In this document: one piece after another, positions 13,801 through 29,085 of the stretch
Position numbering within the stretch: the first letter of the stretch is position 1
How the letters are laid out: every line of letters starts with the position of its first letter
Assembly (NCBI RefSeq): GCF_001194135.2
Contig: NC_068982.1
Location: 128,462,269 to 128,526,268, forward strand
Direction of reading: 5' to 3'
Source of the DNA: Octopus bimaculoides
Lineage: Eukaryota
Length of the DNA stretch: 64,000 nt
Made by a program: the position numbers and the translations under genes
Notes under the pieces: generated by a model
Seen by the model: the letters and a program-made list of their open reading frames with translations, nothing else
What the model was told of the DNA's origin: nothing
The model's database searches: none

Positions 13801-14667
13801 ATAAAAATAACAGTTTACTTTGAGTTGGTGTTTTTTGATTTTTTAAAATACCTTTATTTTTGGATTGGATTTTGTGTTTTCATTTCCTTTCGTGCAAACT
13901 GTCAAATTTATCCAGAACACCCTGTATTTCTGGTGTGTTGACAGCATTTGACTTCATTACTATAATGTACAATAGATTTATTAGCCAGTACAGTGTGTTA
14001 CAACAACTGAAAACAATATGTCTTATACATATGTTCATGAACAGAAAGACAGGTAACAGATGTAGCATGTTTTGCTTCTTGTCGTCATTATCATTAGCTG
14101 GGTTTTTTTCTGTCCATGAGCATATTGTAAAGATATATGATTTACAATCTTTATAATCCACACAGCGCTGACTTTATAGATATGTTTTACTGTACATTGT
14201 AACACTAAAATTTGTTAAGTTATTCTTGTCTCACAATCAACTAAGATTTAAAATAGCTATGGACACTGCTTCTCAGTCTCAGACTAACAAATTAGAAAAG
14301 CAAATATATATATTATTCTATCAATTTATATTGGTCTTTATTTTAGACTAAACATATTTACTATGGCTATCCAAGACAGATTTAGTGTAGTGTTCTCTTA
14401 CAGACATTTCCAACATTATGAGAAGAGAATACAGTATAATCTCTGGCACCAACTTAATCAAAGAGAGAATAAGGAAGCAATGCACTATATTTTTTGTTAG
14501 AAACTCATGAAGTTGATATTTTATGTTTCATCGAGTGTATTATGTATTGATAGCTTATATATTGACACAAGTTAATTAGTATATAACTACAATTTAATGC
14601 AATAATTAAATATGTAACTATAATCTAGTATGAGAACATTTGGTAAATAATACATTTCAGATTTTGA

Positions 14668-14705
14668 TGCCTCTCAGATGCATATGGTTATAATTATGCA
14701 ACAAT
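14668..14705 (+). repeat. 38-bp dispersed repeat, second copy at 17301-17338
   Basis: tgcctctcagRtgcatatggttRtaattatgcaacaat, 36/38 identical. Confidence 0.85.
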
Positions 14706-15094
14706 GCTTATTAAGCCAAGAAATAATTATTAACTTATTATATTTTATAACTGTGTGGTGGAATTTCAGATCATGCATTCCACTAACTTTATACTTTATT
14801 TCGTTTTTCATTTGAACTCTGATATTTGTTAAGTATATTCAAAAATATTTTTCAAAAGCAAAATTTTAATTTTTGGGGATTCAGAAAAGAATTTTGTGAA
14901 AAATGATAAACAGATGTAGAACATATTTTATATAAAACTACAAATCAGTAAGGATATATATCAGCAATATGATTCAAAAACATGTAATTAGCTATAACTT
15001 TAGCAAATGTCATACAGAAAGATTTTCTGTACAAACGATGGGAATGATTTACAGTTCCATAGATACAACCAAGATTGGCCAGATTATTATATAT

Positions 15095-15098
<4 letters not shown>

Positions 15099-15168
<70 letters not shown>
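15099..15168. repeat. (TAA)n microsatellite
   Basis: Direct reading. Confidence 0.97.
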
Positions 15169-16480
<1,312 letters not shown>

Positions 16481-16860
16481 ATGATGATGATGATGAGGAT
16501 GATGATGATGATGACTTCATTTATATTCCACAAGGGCAAAGAATGAGGAGACACTACAAAGACAGACATAAAGTGTTGGGATTTACATATTATGAAATGC
16601 TAAAAAAAAAAAAAAATAAGTATACACAGTTGACAATCTGTGGATGAAATTTATAAATATTTTAATGTAAATTCCATCCATGGATTATTATTATTATCAC
16701 TATTACTATTACTATATTTATCCTACGTTATGTTCACACAGCTCAGTATGATCCCATAAAACTATTGTTGCAGGTTGGAATCACTAGGCAGTAGCCAACA
16801 TAATAAAATAGGAGCTTTTATATATGTACTCAAAAAATGTTACCCATAAATGAACTTAAA

Positions 16861-16893
<33 letters not shown>

Positions 16894-19800
16894 NNNNNNN
16901 NNNNNNNNNNNNNNNNNNNNNNNNNNNNNNNNNNNNNNNNNNNNNNNNNNNNNNNNNNNNNNNNNNNNNNNNNNNNNNNNNNNNNNNNNNNNNNNNNNNN
17001 NNNNNNNNNNNNNNNNNNNNNNNNNNNNNNNNNNNNNNNNNNNNNNNNNNNNNNNNNNNNNNNNNNNNNNNNNNNNNNNNNNNNNNNNNNNNNNNNNNNN
17101 NNNNNNNNNNNNNNNNNNNNNNNTATACATATTATATAATATAATATTATATTATATTATATTATATTATTATTATATTATATTATATTATATTATATTA
17201 TATTATATTATATTAGGTTAAGTTTTCTTGGCTGACAAACATTTGCATCTAATGACCTTATCATTAGTGCAATAAACCTAACAGATGCAGCAAACTTCAT
17301 TGCCTCTCAGGTGCATATGGTTGTAATTATGCAACAATCATGTCAGTATTGATACTTCTGAATTGCTGCTTTAGTATCAACACCCTTCACTGAAACTGGG
17401 AGTTCACATACAATGTCAAATTTTGAAATATGAGAGATGACACCTATATAAATTTTTGAAGAGTGTTGCTTAACACAGAAACTGTCTTTTAACATTTAGA
17501 GTATTATACCATCAAGAAACTTTTGACATCGTTTCAATGTCCTGTTATGACTACATATACACATACAGAGTTTATTGTTGGCAATAATGTAGTTAACTTG
17601 TAAAAAAAAAAACTACATGAGACTGTTAGGTGCTAGAATGTTCATTATTTCCATTTGTTGAGCAGCCATTTTGAATTGTTACAAAAACAATAGATATGGC
17701 TTTTATTAATATTTTACAAAGTGTAAGATGGCAGTCTGGCAGAATGCTTAGCAACATTTCATCTATTCTTTTAGTCTTTTACTTGGTTCAGTGATTTGAC
17801 TGCGGCCATGCTGGAGCACTACTTTTAGTTGAACAAATTGACCCTAGGTCTTATTCTTTGTAAGCCTAGTACTTTTTCTATCAGATTCCATGCAAAAAAT
17901 CCGAGTTTTTTTTTCTTAGTGAAAATCATGTGGGTGTTAATCTAAAAATTTACCCTTTGTTTTTCTTTTACGGCATTGCTAGACAGGGAACTTAACTCAT
18001 GTTAGCAAACTTAAGGATTTCACTGATGTGGAAATAGGTAAAAGTTATGCTTGAAAATTGATTCTTACCACTATCCACATGTGCTTTGGGAAAAATAAGT
18101 TGACAAAAACACAGCCATGGTTGTGACTAATGTCCTCCTAAAATTGGACTGACATGCGTGCTAATTTGTGGATGTGCATAAATTACATTCACACACACAC
18201 ACACACACACACATCCTGCCTTTTATAGATATAGATGTAACTCTTAATTCCCTATATCAGAAGATAACTTTTGAAAGAAAAGCCAATCTTTAAAAAAAAT
18301 AATGTTTATTTTTTAAAATGTTGGAATTTACAGATGTATCCAACCCATGTTACATATAGAGAGACCCAAACAGAATAAGGAATTTTAACAGAATGTCACA
18401 TAAAGCACTTATTTTTTTTTTTTAATCAAGAAAATATATTTTATGTTTTACTTGATATATAGTAGACGTGCTTAAATTCCAAGATTTTAAAAAACAAACA
18501 TTTGATACAAAACTAGTAGATTTTATATTTATATATGAAAGCTAATTAAAGCATAAACATAGAACATATTATTTCAAGATAGTATGATAAGTTAGTAGAC
18601 TTATCCATTAACCTAGACTGTTGGAGTTTACTAGTTCAGATATCTTTTGATATTTTCACTTCTTACTATGAAGCTGTGTGTGTGGTCTGAAGTGTTTACA
18701 TGCTAGTTGGCATGGCTAAAACACTGACTGAAAAAATATATTGTGCAAGATGTTAAAATTAGTGTCGGCTAAGATATGACCATCTGCTTTCAGTACACTG
18801 TTATTTTCTCAAGTTTCCTGTACAAAAGCTTGTTAATATTATTAGTATACATCTTAATTTGATTTGGTAAAATCCCAGTTCTGTTCATACAAATTATAAA
18901 TCAATACTTTTACACAGAATTTCACTGTTGAAATACTTGCCTTAAATTATTTGTAGAATATGCCAAGAAAATAATGATTGGTGGAATAAAAAAAAATGAA
19001 TACAATAAACATATTTAATACTAGATCAACACCAGTTAAATATTTTAAAAGAATGACACTGCAGTGTATTGTAGACTTATTTAACACATACCAACAAGTA
19101 AAATAAAATGATAATGCTGATGATGCTAATGATGATCACTATCAATTAAATTACTCTCTTTGTGCTCTATTTGGGATAATTAAGAATTATATGTATATAA
19201 TTGTCCCTTTTCAATAGTTTCTGCTCATGTTAACTATGCTATGATCTGATCAAGTTTTGTTTATCTGAAGTTTCCCTTTCTACAGCTAGTTTTCAATACC
19301 CCATAGGACACAGCTCATATACATATGAAAGGCATAATGAATGATCTCATTTCTATGTGTAGTTACTTTTCACCACCATTTTCTCTCTATTTTAACTGGG
19401 ATAGCCATGGCATCTCTACAGCAAGACGCCTATTTCTGTCCCTCTACCACACCTTAATTTCTCTCTATTGCACTTCTAGGCATTCAAACACAACTCTTTA
19501 CTCTCCAACCAATACTATTCATTTGTCTTTGCTGCCCATGTTTAACTTTCTTGTAACATTATACATCTCAACAACATTCAGCCACTTTATAACCTGTATA
19601 CTAGGCCATTCATGATGACACTCTTACTACTGATATAAGTACAATATGGTATATTGTGTTTTATAATTAAACCCGATTTCTAGAACCAATCACACTTTTC
19701 TAAAAAGTATTTATTGTTTTCCCCTCATTAAAAAGGTTGTCTCTTTGAAGATGAATATTTTTCAGTTTAGTATTGTAGTGAGAAGTTTGATCAAGCAATT

Positions 19801-19944
19801 CTTTCTTATGTTAGGTTAATGAATATAACGGAATTTCTCCAGTTACTCTGTAAAACATGATTTTTATAGATTAAGCTTGTATGTATGTGTGTATGATGCA
19901 GGTATGAATGTATGAGGAAGAATTTTACTTCCTAACTATGTAGT

Positions 19945-20048
19945 TTGGGGTTTAGTCCAACCATATGGTACCTTGACCAAGTGTCTTCTATAACCCTGAA
20001 TCAAACAAATTCTTGTGAGTGGATTTAGTAGATGGAAACAGCAAGCCC

Positions 20049-20105
<57 letters not shown>

Positions 20106-20445
20106 GCGTGCGTGCGTGTGTTTGTTTATAGAGATGTACGTATGAATGTATATATATGTTTGTGCCTTTTTGTTTTGACATCATGTGATAGTTGTAAATA
20201 AGTGTAACCATCATACAAATCTTCCATGAAAACATGTCCAGTCATGGGGAAATTTTACCTTGCTTGGAAACAAGTGAAGATTACTGACAAGAAGATCATT
20301 TAACTGAAGAATATCTGCAACAACAAATTACATCTGATCCAAGTAAGTACAGAAAAACGGGTGTTAAAATAATGGCAATGATGGTGGCAACAATGACTGT
20401 GATGATGATGATGGTGATGGGGATGATGATGGTGATGATGATGAG
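19945..20445 (+). mobile_element. tRNA-headed SINE (family B) with internal (GT)n and an RTE-like 3' tail
   Basis: Core ccttgaccaagtgtcttcta...gagtggatttagtagatggaaacagcaagccc, ending in a (GAT)n-like tail. Confidence 0.7.
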
Positions 20446-20809
20446 GACTATCCCAGAATCTTATATCTTGAACTGTTGTAATGTAGCAGAACTATGGAAC
20501 AGAAGTAGTTATGCAAAGCAGTGTCTCAGGTTTCTAATGTCTTTTCCAAGTAGGTGTAAAGTTATTTATTGAAAGTCAAGTCAGAGTGAGTCACTACTGA
20601 GAGTTTCTCATTCTTGACTCACATGCAACAGGTAAATTAGTTTAAGATCTCTCAGAGAAAGAGACATAGGGGCAACAAGGCTCAAGCATTTACAAGAGAT
20701 ATTTAATGTGAAATAGTTATAATTTAAAATCAAAATTGAATCACAAATTCAGATTGCTAGGTATTTATCTTTCTTTAACAGCTTTTGTCTTTAAAATATT
20801 GCTGATCTT

Positions 20810-20985
20810 TTTATCTTTTACTTGTCATTGGGCTGCAGTCATACTCAGGCACCACCTTGAATGGTTTAGTCAAACAAATTGACCCATTACTTACTCTTTT
20901 ATAGCCTGGTATTTATTAGTCTCATAACTATTGAATTGCTAGGTTAGGAGACAAACACAAACACTAAGACACATAGATAGATAGT

Positions 20986-21031
<46 letters not shown>

Positions 21032-21216
21032 CATACATACATACATACATACATATACAATGGGCTTCTTTCAGTTTCCATCTACCAAATCCACACACAA
21101 GGCTTTGGTTAGTCCAAGGCCATGGTAGAAGATGCTTGCCCAAGGTGCCCCATAGTGGGACTGAACCTGGAGTCATGTGGCTGGGAAACAAACCTCTTAC
21201 CACACAGCCATGCCAG
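20810..21216 (-). mobile_element. tRNA-headed SINE (family B), near full length, internal (GATA)n
   Basis: Reverse strand begins ggcatggctgtgtggtaagagg...ggttcagtccc (A/B boxes), followed by the family core. Confidence 0.8.
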
Positions 21217-21589
21217 TGCCTAAATGGTAATGTCTATATATTTTCATGGAGGAATTAGACAATGTTTATAAGCTAACAACAATATCCATATGTTGTGCAT
21301 ATGACCAGCTGGATCAGGTCAGTAATAATTCAGTGTATTTGATAGAAACAGACCACACTGTCAGTGAAAGGATATGAACTGATAACCCTTCAGTTTGCAG
21401 ACTAGCATTTCGTAGATTCAGTCATTTGTAACTGTCAAATAATCTGTATAACGAAAATTAATTAGAGTGAGGAATGTAGGAATATCATTCTTGGTTATAT
21501 ATAATACTGAGATCAACAATGCATACCTAATAGGTTAATTAAGCCAGTGCTTCTATTACAGTTAAAGCTGCCCTGAGTAAATTAAATAA

Positions 21590-21625
21590 CTATAATTAAA
21601 TAACTATAATTAAATAACTATAATA
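21590..21625. repeat. 15-bp AT-rich tandem repeat (attaaataactata-type unit) about x2.5
   Basis: Direct reading. Confidence 0.8.
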
Positions 21626-24600
21626 TCAAGAATTATCTTCGAAAGCTGATAGGCTGTCAAAGAAATTTATAACATTGTAATAAATACAAACTTTTATGAT
21701 AATGATGGAACTAATTAACATTAAAATGTAGAACTATAATTGTGACGTTACTAGACCTAGTTTGGAGGCAATTCAGCACATGATAGTACAGTAAAACACT
21801 TATGAAAATACAAAGGAATTTATTTCCTAATAATTACATTTTATATTAATGAACTCAGTATGAAAATTTAACATTGAAATATGGTCCCATATTACTGAAA
21901 GAATTTGAAATTAAAGCAAAATATATGGCCGTAATTAATATTAACAGTAAAATATGTAGACATATGAAATATGTCAAGAATATTCAATTTAAAATATATG
22001 ATATATACATATATATATATATATATATAGACATAGATATAAATGTATATAAAGCCAATGTGAATAGTCATATTTTGAAGAATTTGGGAAACAGCCAATA
22101 ATATTAAAATATTTTTGAACACCGTACAAGTTCTACTTTCTGCATATCTTTCTCTTGAATATAAAATTGTTCAACATTCTCAAGTGATGATGAGAAATCT
22201 TCAACAAGGAAATGAACTTCTCCTTCCCCCTTATTCACACAGATAACATCTTATATTACTAAATTCAGCAGGTAGCAGTCTTCAATCTCACATCTTTTGT
22301 GTTGATTTTTCTTAACATTAATTTTGTATATTACAAGAACCTGATAATCTACATAGCAAGTATTTCATTTGTCAGAATTCAAACTTTTATCCTAGTGACC
22401 ATAACAAATATTCTTTTCTTAGTGACATGCTGAATTCTTCTCAGAAATTGTTTCCCTGATCTTCTTTGTTCCACGTTTAAGATTCTTATATTCTCTACCT
22501 ATTTTCTAGCTAAATATAGGTTTTCTATAATTACACCTAACCTCTAAATATTCTTATCTAACTGCTGAAATATCTAATTTTTCTATCCTGTCATTTCTAC
22601 TCCTTAACATTTGACCAACAAATTGGTTCTGGCCTGACATGGATCATAACTAGATCCCCAAATAGTTTGCTTTTGACTTACCTCAATGTCTATATACCTT
22701 AAATATTTCTGATTCCCAGCATGCATAAGCTTTTGTTACAGTATGAAAGTAAGCCCTTATGTAGAATACTCATTATCTTCTATGCTTCCTTTCAACTAAC
22801 TACTCACTTACAGCATCTGTTTGAGACATAAATCACTAGTCTATGGCTGAAGGTTACATTAACAGCAAAAAGTAAATAAATAAATAAATAAAAGGGAAAA
22901 GAACACAGAAAAAAGAAGCTGAAACAGTGTCTTAAAAACAACAGAGAACAACTTAGACAAGTCAACGAGAATTGATTTTCAGACTTATCTATTTCTGTCA
23001 TACACATATNNNNNNNNNNNNNNNNNNNNNNNNNNNNNNNNNNNNNNNNNNNNNNNNNNNNNNNNNNNNNNNNNNNNNNNNNNNNNNNNNNNNNNNNNNN
23101 NNNNNNNNNNNNNNNNNNNNNNNNNNNNNNNNNNNNNNNNNNNNNNNNNNNNNNNNNNNNNNNNNNNNNNNNNNNNNNNNNNNNNNNNNNNNNNNNNNNN
23201 NNNNNNNNNNNNNNNNNNNNNNNNNNNNNNNNNNNNNNNNNNNNNNNNNNNNNNNNNNNNNNNNNNNNNNNNNNNNNNNNNNNNNNNNNNNNNNNNNNNN
23301 NACATTAAATAGGAAATCTTGTTAATAATGATGACGAAGATTATCTGTGGATCATGATGATGGTGATGATGATGTCTATGAGAATAAAAGAATATGAAAT
23401 AAAATATGAAGAGTTTCATACAAATATGTATGTCCAAAATAACAAAAATCATCAAAAAAATAAAGAATATCCATTGCTCTGAGACCCAAATCACTTTTAT
23501 CATTAAAAAATATGCATGATCCTCAGGACTTGTAGTTGATCGAGAAATAGATAAATGGTATAGCAAAATTAGTGGCTAGAGAAATTTCTTAAAGCATGTT
23601 TAAAGTTTTAGAAACAAACTGACATAATCATAAATCATACTTTTGTAAATTAATTATCTATAAGCATTTTATAATTATTTTAATTCAGGTTGAAATATGC
23701 ATGCTGTGTATGAGAACACTAAGCAGATTTTCCTTTCTACAAGCCAACAATAAAAGAGTAAGCATATTGGTTTGTTTTTCAGTTTATATAAGGAGATGAA
23801 TTTTCTCACGAGTCAGCTGTTATATTTGCTAGAAATCTACTATTATTACCAGAAAATTATGCAAAGGAATTATAGAAGTGAAACGTATTTTGTATAGTGA
23901 ATAATGATATGCTTTAAATGTAATAAAATGTTGCACATATTTCCTTGCAGAATATGATGTTATGATGAAATTTATGAAGCTCTATAGGAAACTTCAAACA
24001 TATCTATTTTTGGTCCACTATAACATTAATGCAAACAAATATACTGATTGATATGAGTATTACAATGTGAGTATCCATTATATGATAATTTTTGATTTTG
24101 TTAGCTAAATAAATATTTATTAAGTGTTTGTGTATACACACACACACATATATTTACACATACACACACACACACACATATATATATNNNNNNNNNNTAT
24201 ATATATATATACACACATATATGTATACACATATATATATACACATATGTATGTATAAAGTATGTATGTATGCATATATGTATGTATGCATGCATGTATG
24301 ATGTATGTATGTACACTTACATATAAATATACATATATAAACTGGATGTAGTGAGAGGTTAAAATACATTAGCAGTAGAGTTACAATTTAAATATTTTTT
24401 TATACAATTAAATTTTAGTTAGCAAAATGTTATTGAAAGTAATGACTTGAGATATTAATTTATACATTCCATATACATACGTGTGTGTGTGTGTGCTAGA
24501 CTTCTTTGAATAATGATAATAATAATAATAATAATAATAACTTAAGTTTTGGCTAAAATCAAATTATATTTCTGAAACATACCAATTTTGATTGAAGCAA

Positions 24601-25625
24601 ATAGAAAATAATCAAAAAAGTTAATAGAATATTAAATGAATAAACACATTAATAGAAATAACATCCACTGAAAACTACAGTTGGTTTAATACAAAATTGA
24701 AGAAGAATTTTAAAGATGGGAATTTAGTCATTTTAAAATTAATGACAATTGATTTTAATAATGTCAGAAGTTTACCGAAATTATATTTTACTGAAATAAA
24801 CAGTAGTTTTAGTGAACCAAAACTAAAAGAAAATAAAATGATAAAATAAATGGTAAAACACAACAGGACTTCATGCAGATGACTTAGAAAGCAAACTGAA
24901 GGCAAAACATTTTCCAAGCAATTATGATACTGCAAATAAGATAACAAATGTAGAAATAAGAAAAAGTAACAATAAAGAAAAAACAAGCATTAAAAGTTGA
25001 AAAATAACTGTTTGCTTTCAACTTTGATCAATTGTATAATTCCACCTTTTGACAGTTTATATATTTAGTTTGTACATCAAGCTTTAACTGAGGAAATTAT
25101 TTTATGATTTCTCATCATTTGTTGATAACATGCAATTTTCAGAAGGATTTTGTCATTATAGGAATGTTTACTTATATTCTACAATATATGATGAAATGTT
25201 ATTAAGCCCCCTGCTAAGTACAACACAAACAATTTTATTATGAATTAAATTTAAGAGTTTCTCATATGTCTGTAATTAAATTATAAAAATCCAGTAACTG
25301 TCGTCTAGACTCATTTCATTCTTAACCACGAAGAAAATCAAATGTATCATTAAATGAATACATTTTGATAAAGCCATGGGTAAAGACAAGATAACAGTAT
25401 ATCTGATACACTACAACAATAGCACTACTCTCCTGCTACTCCTGGAAATTTTCAATTGTCTTGGTCTATGATTCTTTGTTCTCCATAGTTGGAAGTGTTC
25501 CAGCATAGATTTTTCTTTGCAAGAAAGTTCTCATCAATGGGAAGTATTCTCAGGAATTTTATCAATGCAAACTAGTCTATCCTCATTATCACCCCCACCC
25601 CATCTCCACCACAACGATGACCACT

Positions 25626-25627
25626 GC

Positions 25628-25663
<36 letters not shown>

Positions 25664-25715
25664 CATGATGATCATGATGATCATGATGATCATGATGATG
25701 ACGATGATGATGATG
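25626..25715. repeat. (GAT)n with an embedded (GATCATGAT)n 9-mer array
   Basis: Direct reading. Confidence 0.9.
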
Positions 25716-25864
25716 ACCGCCATCTTCACAACCACCACTACCCTCTTAAATTTTCTGATAATTGTATTCTATGCTGACATGGATTGGATAAGCCTACCAC
25801 ACACAATAATCTTATTCAGTCTTTTATTGCGTCATTTTTGGATCTGTTCTTACAATTTTATCCT

Positions 25865-26208
25865 ATATCTTCTTCCACAAGTGTGAAGGAACATGGCTTT
25901 GTGGTTAGGGTATTTGGCTTATGACAGTAAGGTCGTGAGTTCTATTCTTGATGGCACATTCATTGTGTCCTTCAGCGAGATGTTTTATTTCACATTGCTC
26001 CAGTCCACTCAGCTAGTAAAATGAGTAGTACCTGTAATTCAAAGGGCCAGCCTTGTCATGTTCTGTGTCACACTGAATTTTCCTGAGAATTATGTTAAGG
26101 GAATTCATGTCTGTGGAGTTCTCAGCCACTTGCACATTAATTTCATGAGCAGGTTGTTCCATTGATTGGATTAAATGGAATACACATTGTCATAACTGAT
26201 AGAGTGTC
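25865..26208 (+). mobile_element. tRNA-headed SINE (family C)
   Basis: catggctttgtggttagg...gtgagttctattc head. Similar along its full length to 50911-51228. Confidence 0.85.
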
Positions 26209-26239
26209 AATTTTTCCATAGGTTCTGACTCAAAAGAAA

Positions 26240-26900
26240 TCAACACACTTTTATCCAGTATTCATTGCTCATTAATATTTCCTGTCCCTAGTAATATAGC
26301 CATTTCTTATATGTCCAGTGGCTAGATCTTTAATGCCAACAAGCTGGGTTTTTACCTCTTTGCTTGTTTATGCTATCTGACAGATCATAATCACACCTCA
26401 ACTTTCACAGATCTTATAGGTTCAATGTCTATGTCTCACTGGTACATACTGTTATATTTCTTGCACAAGTTTAAAAAAGATTTGCCTTTCTCATGAAGAA
26501 AAAATCCCTTGGTTGTCAACAGAAGCAAAAGCTCCCAAAACTCCTCCCTCCATTTCCTTAGTATGCTTTTTCACAATCAACTATGCTTTTTCACATCCAA
26601 GCCAGGAACTAATTAAATCATGTAGGTATAAACTATCAACTATATCTAGTACACCCCTGAGAAATTGATGGCATTCATTTTCAAACTGTTCCTTTCACAC
26701 TAACTGTTCTTGTTCATCTATCACAACTGAAGTTGTGGTTCTTTGTCAGCCTGAAAAATAATTCTACTGTCTCTTCTCTGCATCCATTACTTGTATTGCA
26801 TACACAGTATTATTTATAAATATCTTGATTGTTATCAAAACCATCATGGCTTTACAATAACTAACTGTTCCTTTGCATGTATATGAAGCAGTTGTTTTTC
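26240..26900 (-). mobile_element. Decayed RTE LINE fragment
   Basis: Reverse strand gives LDIVDSLYLHDLI (VDSFxYLGD-like), FWELLLLLTTKGFFLHEKG and TSET* (GSETW-like). Confidence 0.65.
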
Positions 26901-28651
26901 TTGTGGATTTTTTTTTTTTTTTTGTCGTAAGAAAGAACTGTAGACAAAATTACTCTAAAAGAAATTCTAAATTGTGAATGCATAAAAAGTTCTGCATATA
27001 AGAAGTAGCCATTCAAATCCTATATTTTAATCATATTCATTTGCATGTATTTGCAGGAGTTATTTATGTCAATTTAGATCTTAATTAGGCATAGCTTAAT
27101 TATCTTGAAACTTTTGATGAGTTTAGATAAAACTTTTACTTACAAGTATTAAAATTAAATTTTAAATAATTATACCTAGACTTTTATGAAAAGTAATATT
27201 AAATTCTGTGATACTGATATGCTGAAAACAACAAATATCAGTGATAGAGTTTTAAAAGATTAAAAAGAAAACTGAGGTTTAGAATTATTATTTTAACTTT
27301 AAAATAAAACAAAACAAAGTTAGCTTTTAATGAATGTGTTTTTAAGTTAGTATTAGATCTTTTAGCTAATTGAAAAAAAAAATGAAGTATTAAATTGTAC
27401 TCAATAATTTTCATTGGTTTCAATTTATGAAAATATCGTGAAAACTGTTAAATATTATGGTTATTGTTTAATGTAATGATAACATATTTTGAAATAAAGA
27501 TAATGTTTTATGTTGCTTTGTTGTCAGTGGCATAGCATGGGTAGGAACGACAGGAGTAGTTGCCTTGGTTGCCAAATTCTCAAGGATGCAAAACTTTCAA
27601 AAGAAAGAAAAAATAAAGCAGTAATAATAAATAAATAAAAATAGTGCATTTTCCCTGCAATATGTGCTATGTCTTAGGCACTGGCAACCCATGCTATGCC
27701 ACTTCTTACAGAAACAGATTTTTTAAATGAGAATCTTGTTCTTACTGGAAATGTTTTAAACAGTATTATTTCCTTTTATACTGCAATATATCTGGAAAAT
27801 ATTTGTTTATTTTCTACAGATATGAGTCACAAAAAATATTTTTAAATAAGAAAATTTAACCTTTTAATATTCCCTTATAAGTTGAATGTCAAAGGAAAGC
27901 TAACAATTATAATAAATAGCAACAAAAAAGAAATTAGCTGAAAATCATTACAAGCATTTAATAAGAAAAAAATTGAAATATTTAAATTTAGAACTTTTAT
28001 GGCAAATAAATATAGAGAAATAAACTAATGTAAAACAACTTAATTTAAAAAGGCATTATTATTCTTTCAAGGAACAAACATAAAAATAATAAAATAAATT
28101 ATGTTGGTTACTTACCATAAGCATACTAGATCACAGCTACTTCTTATGCAGTGGCAGCAGCAGCAGCAACAGTACTTGTAGCAGAAGTAGTAGTAGTGGT
28201 AGTAATAGTAGTAGTTGTTGTTGTAATAATGGTAGTAATATTAGCAAGCATAATTTATGCAGCCACTCAACCGATGGTGGCTTGGCAATGCAAACAGCCC
28301 ATTCAAATGAGTAAAACCATCCAGAAGCAAGTGGACAAGAGATGTAACCAAAGATCTGCACTCAAGGCATCTTAAAATAAGAAGCCACATTTAACAACTT
28401 AAAAGCTGATGTCAGTTAGGTTGGAGCAATATAAGGGAGTTGTGGGTGAATTTTCACCAACATTGTGTCTAGACAGGTAACAGTTGAAGAGAATATCAAA
28501 TGAAGAGAATAACAGTTGTAGAGAGTAACAACTTGTTTAGAAATGGTGATGGAACTGCTGTAAAACGCATTGATTCAATAAAGTGAAGAGAAGAAAGTGA
28601 AGCAGGTGCATTACATGTGGAAATAAATCATAATGCCAATGGCTATGTGTG

Positions 28652-28767
<116 letters not shown>

Positions 28768-28838
28768 CAGGTAGAGAAAGAGAGATACAGACATATATAT
28801 ATAATATATATACATATATATATGTGTATGTCAATGTG

Positions 28839-29085
28839 AATACCCGTCAGAGTGTAAGTATCTTGAGAGAAAAGCTGAACATTAGAAGCATCAGTTGTGG
28901 TGTGCAAGAGAGACGGTTGTGCTGGTATGGACATGTGGTGAGAATGGATGAGGATAGCTGCGTGAAAAAGTGCCACACCCTAACAGTTGAGGGAACCCGT
29001 GGAAGAGGTAGGCCCAGGAAGACCTGGGCTGAGGTGGTGAGGCAAGACCTTCGTACCTTGGGCCTCACCGAGGCGATGACTACTG
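28839..29085 (+). mobile_element. RTE-clade LINE ORF C-terminus (runs into a gap)
   Basis: LREKLNIRSISCGVQERRLCWYGHVVRMDEDSCVKKCHTLTVEGTRGRGRPRKTWAEVVRQDL, matching the RTE motifs RLxWxGHVxRM and GRPxKTW. Uninterrupted, so relatively young. Confidence 0.92.

Noticed and set aside
19325-19615. 96-aa ORF; reverse strand has a faint MPWLSQ (gypsy protease-like) motif
   Set aside because: Too decayed to assign, with many stops and no second motif.
22090-22800. Purine-biased minus-strand block resembling a decayed retroelement ORF (similar block at 2130-2390)
   Set aside because: No unambiguous motif could be read by eye; needs a RepeatMasker or TBLASTX search.
25865-25950. tRNA-like A/B boxes at SINE heads (also 50911, 59610, 21150-21216)
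   Set aside because: No complete cloverleaf, and they continue into repeat bodies. These are SINE promoters, not tRNA genes.
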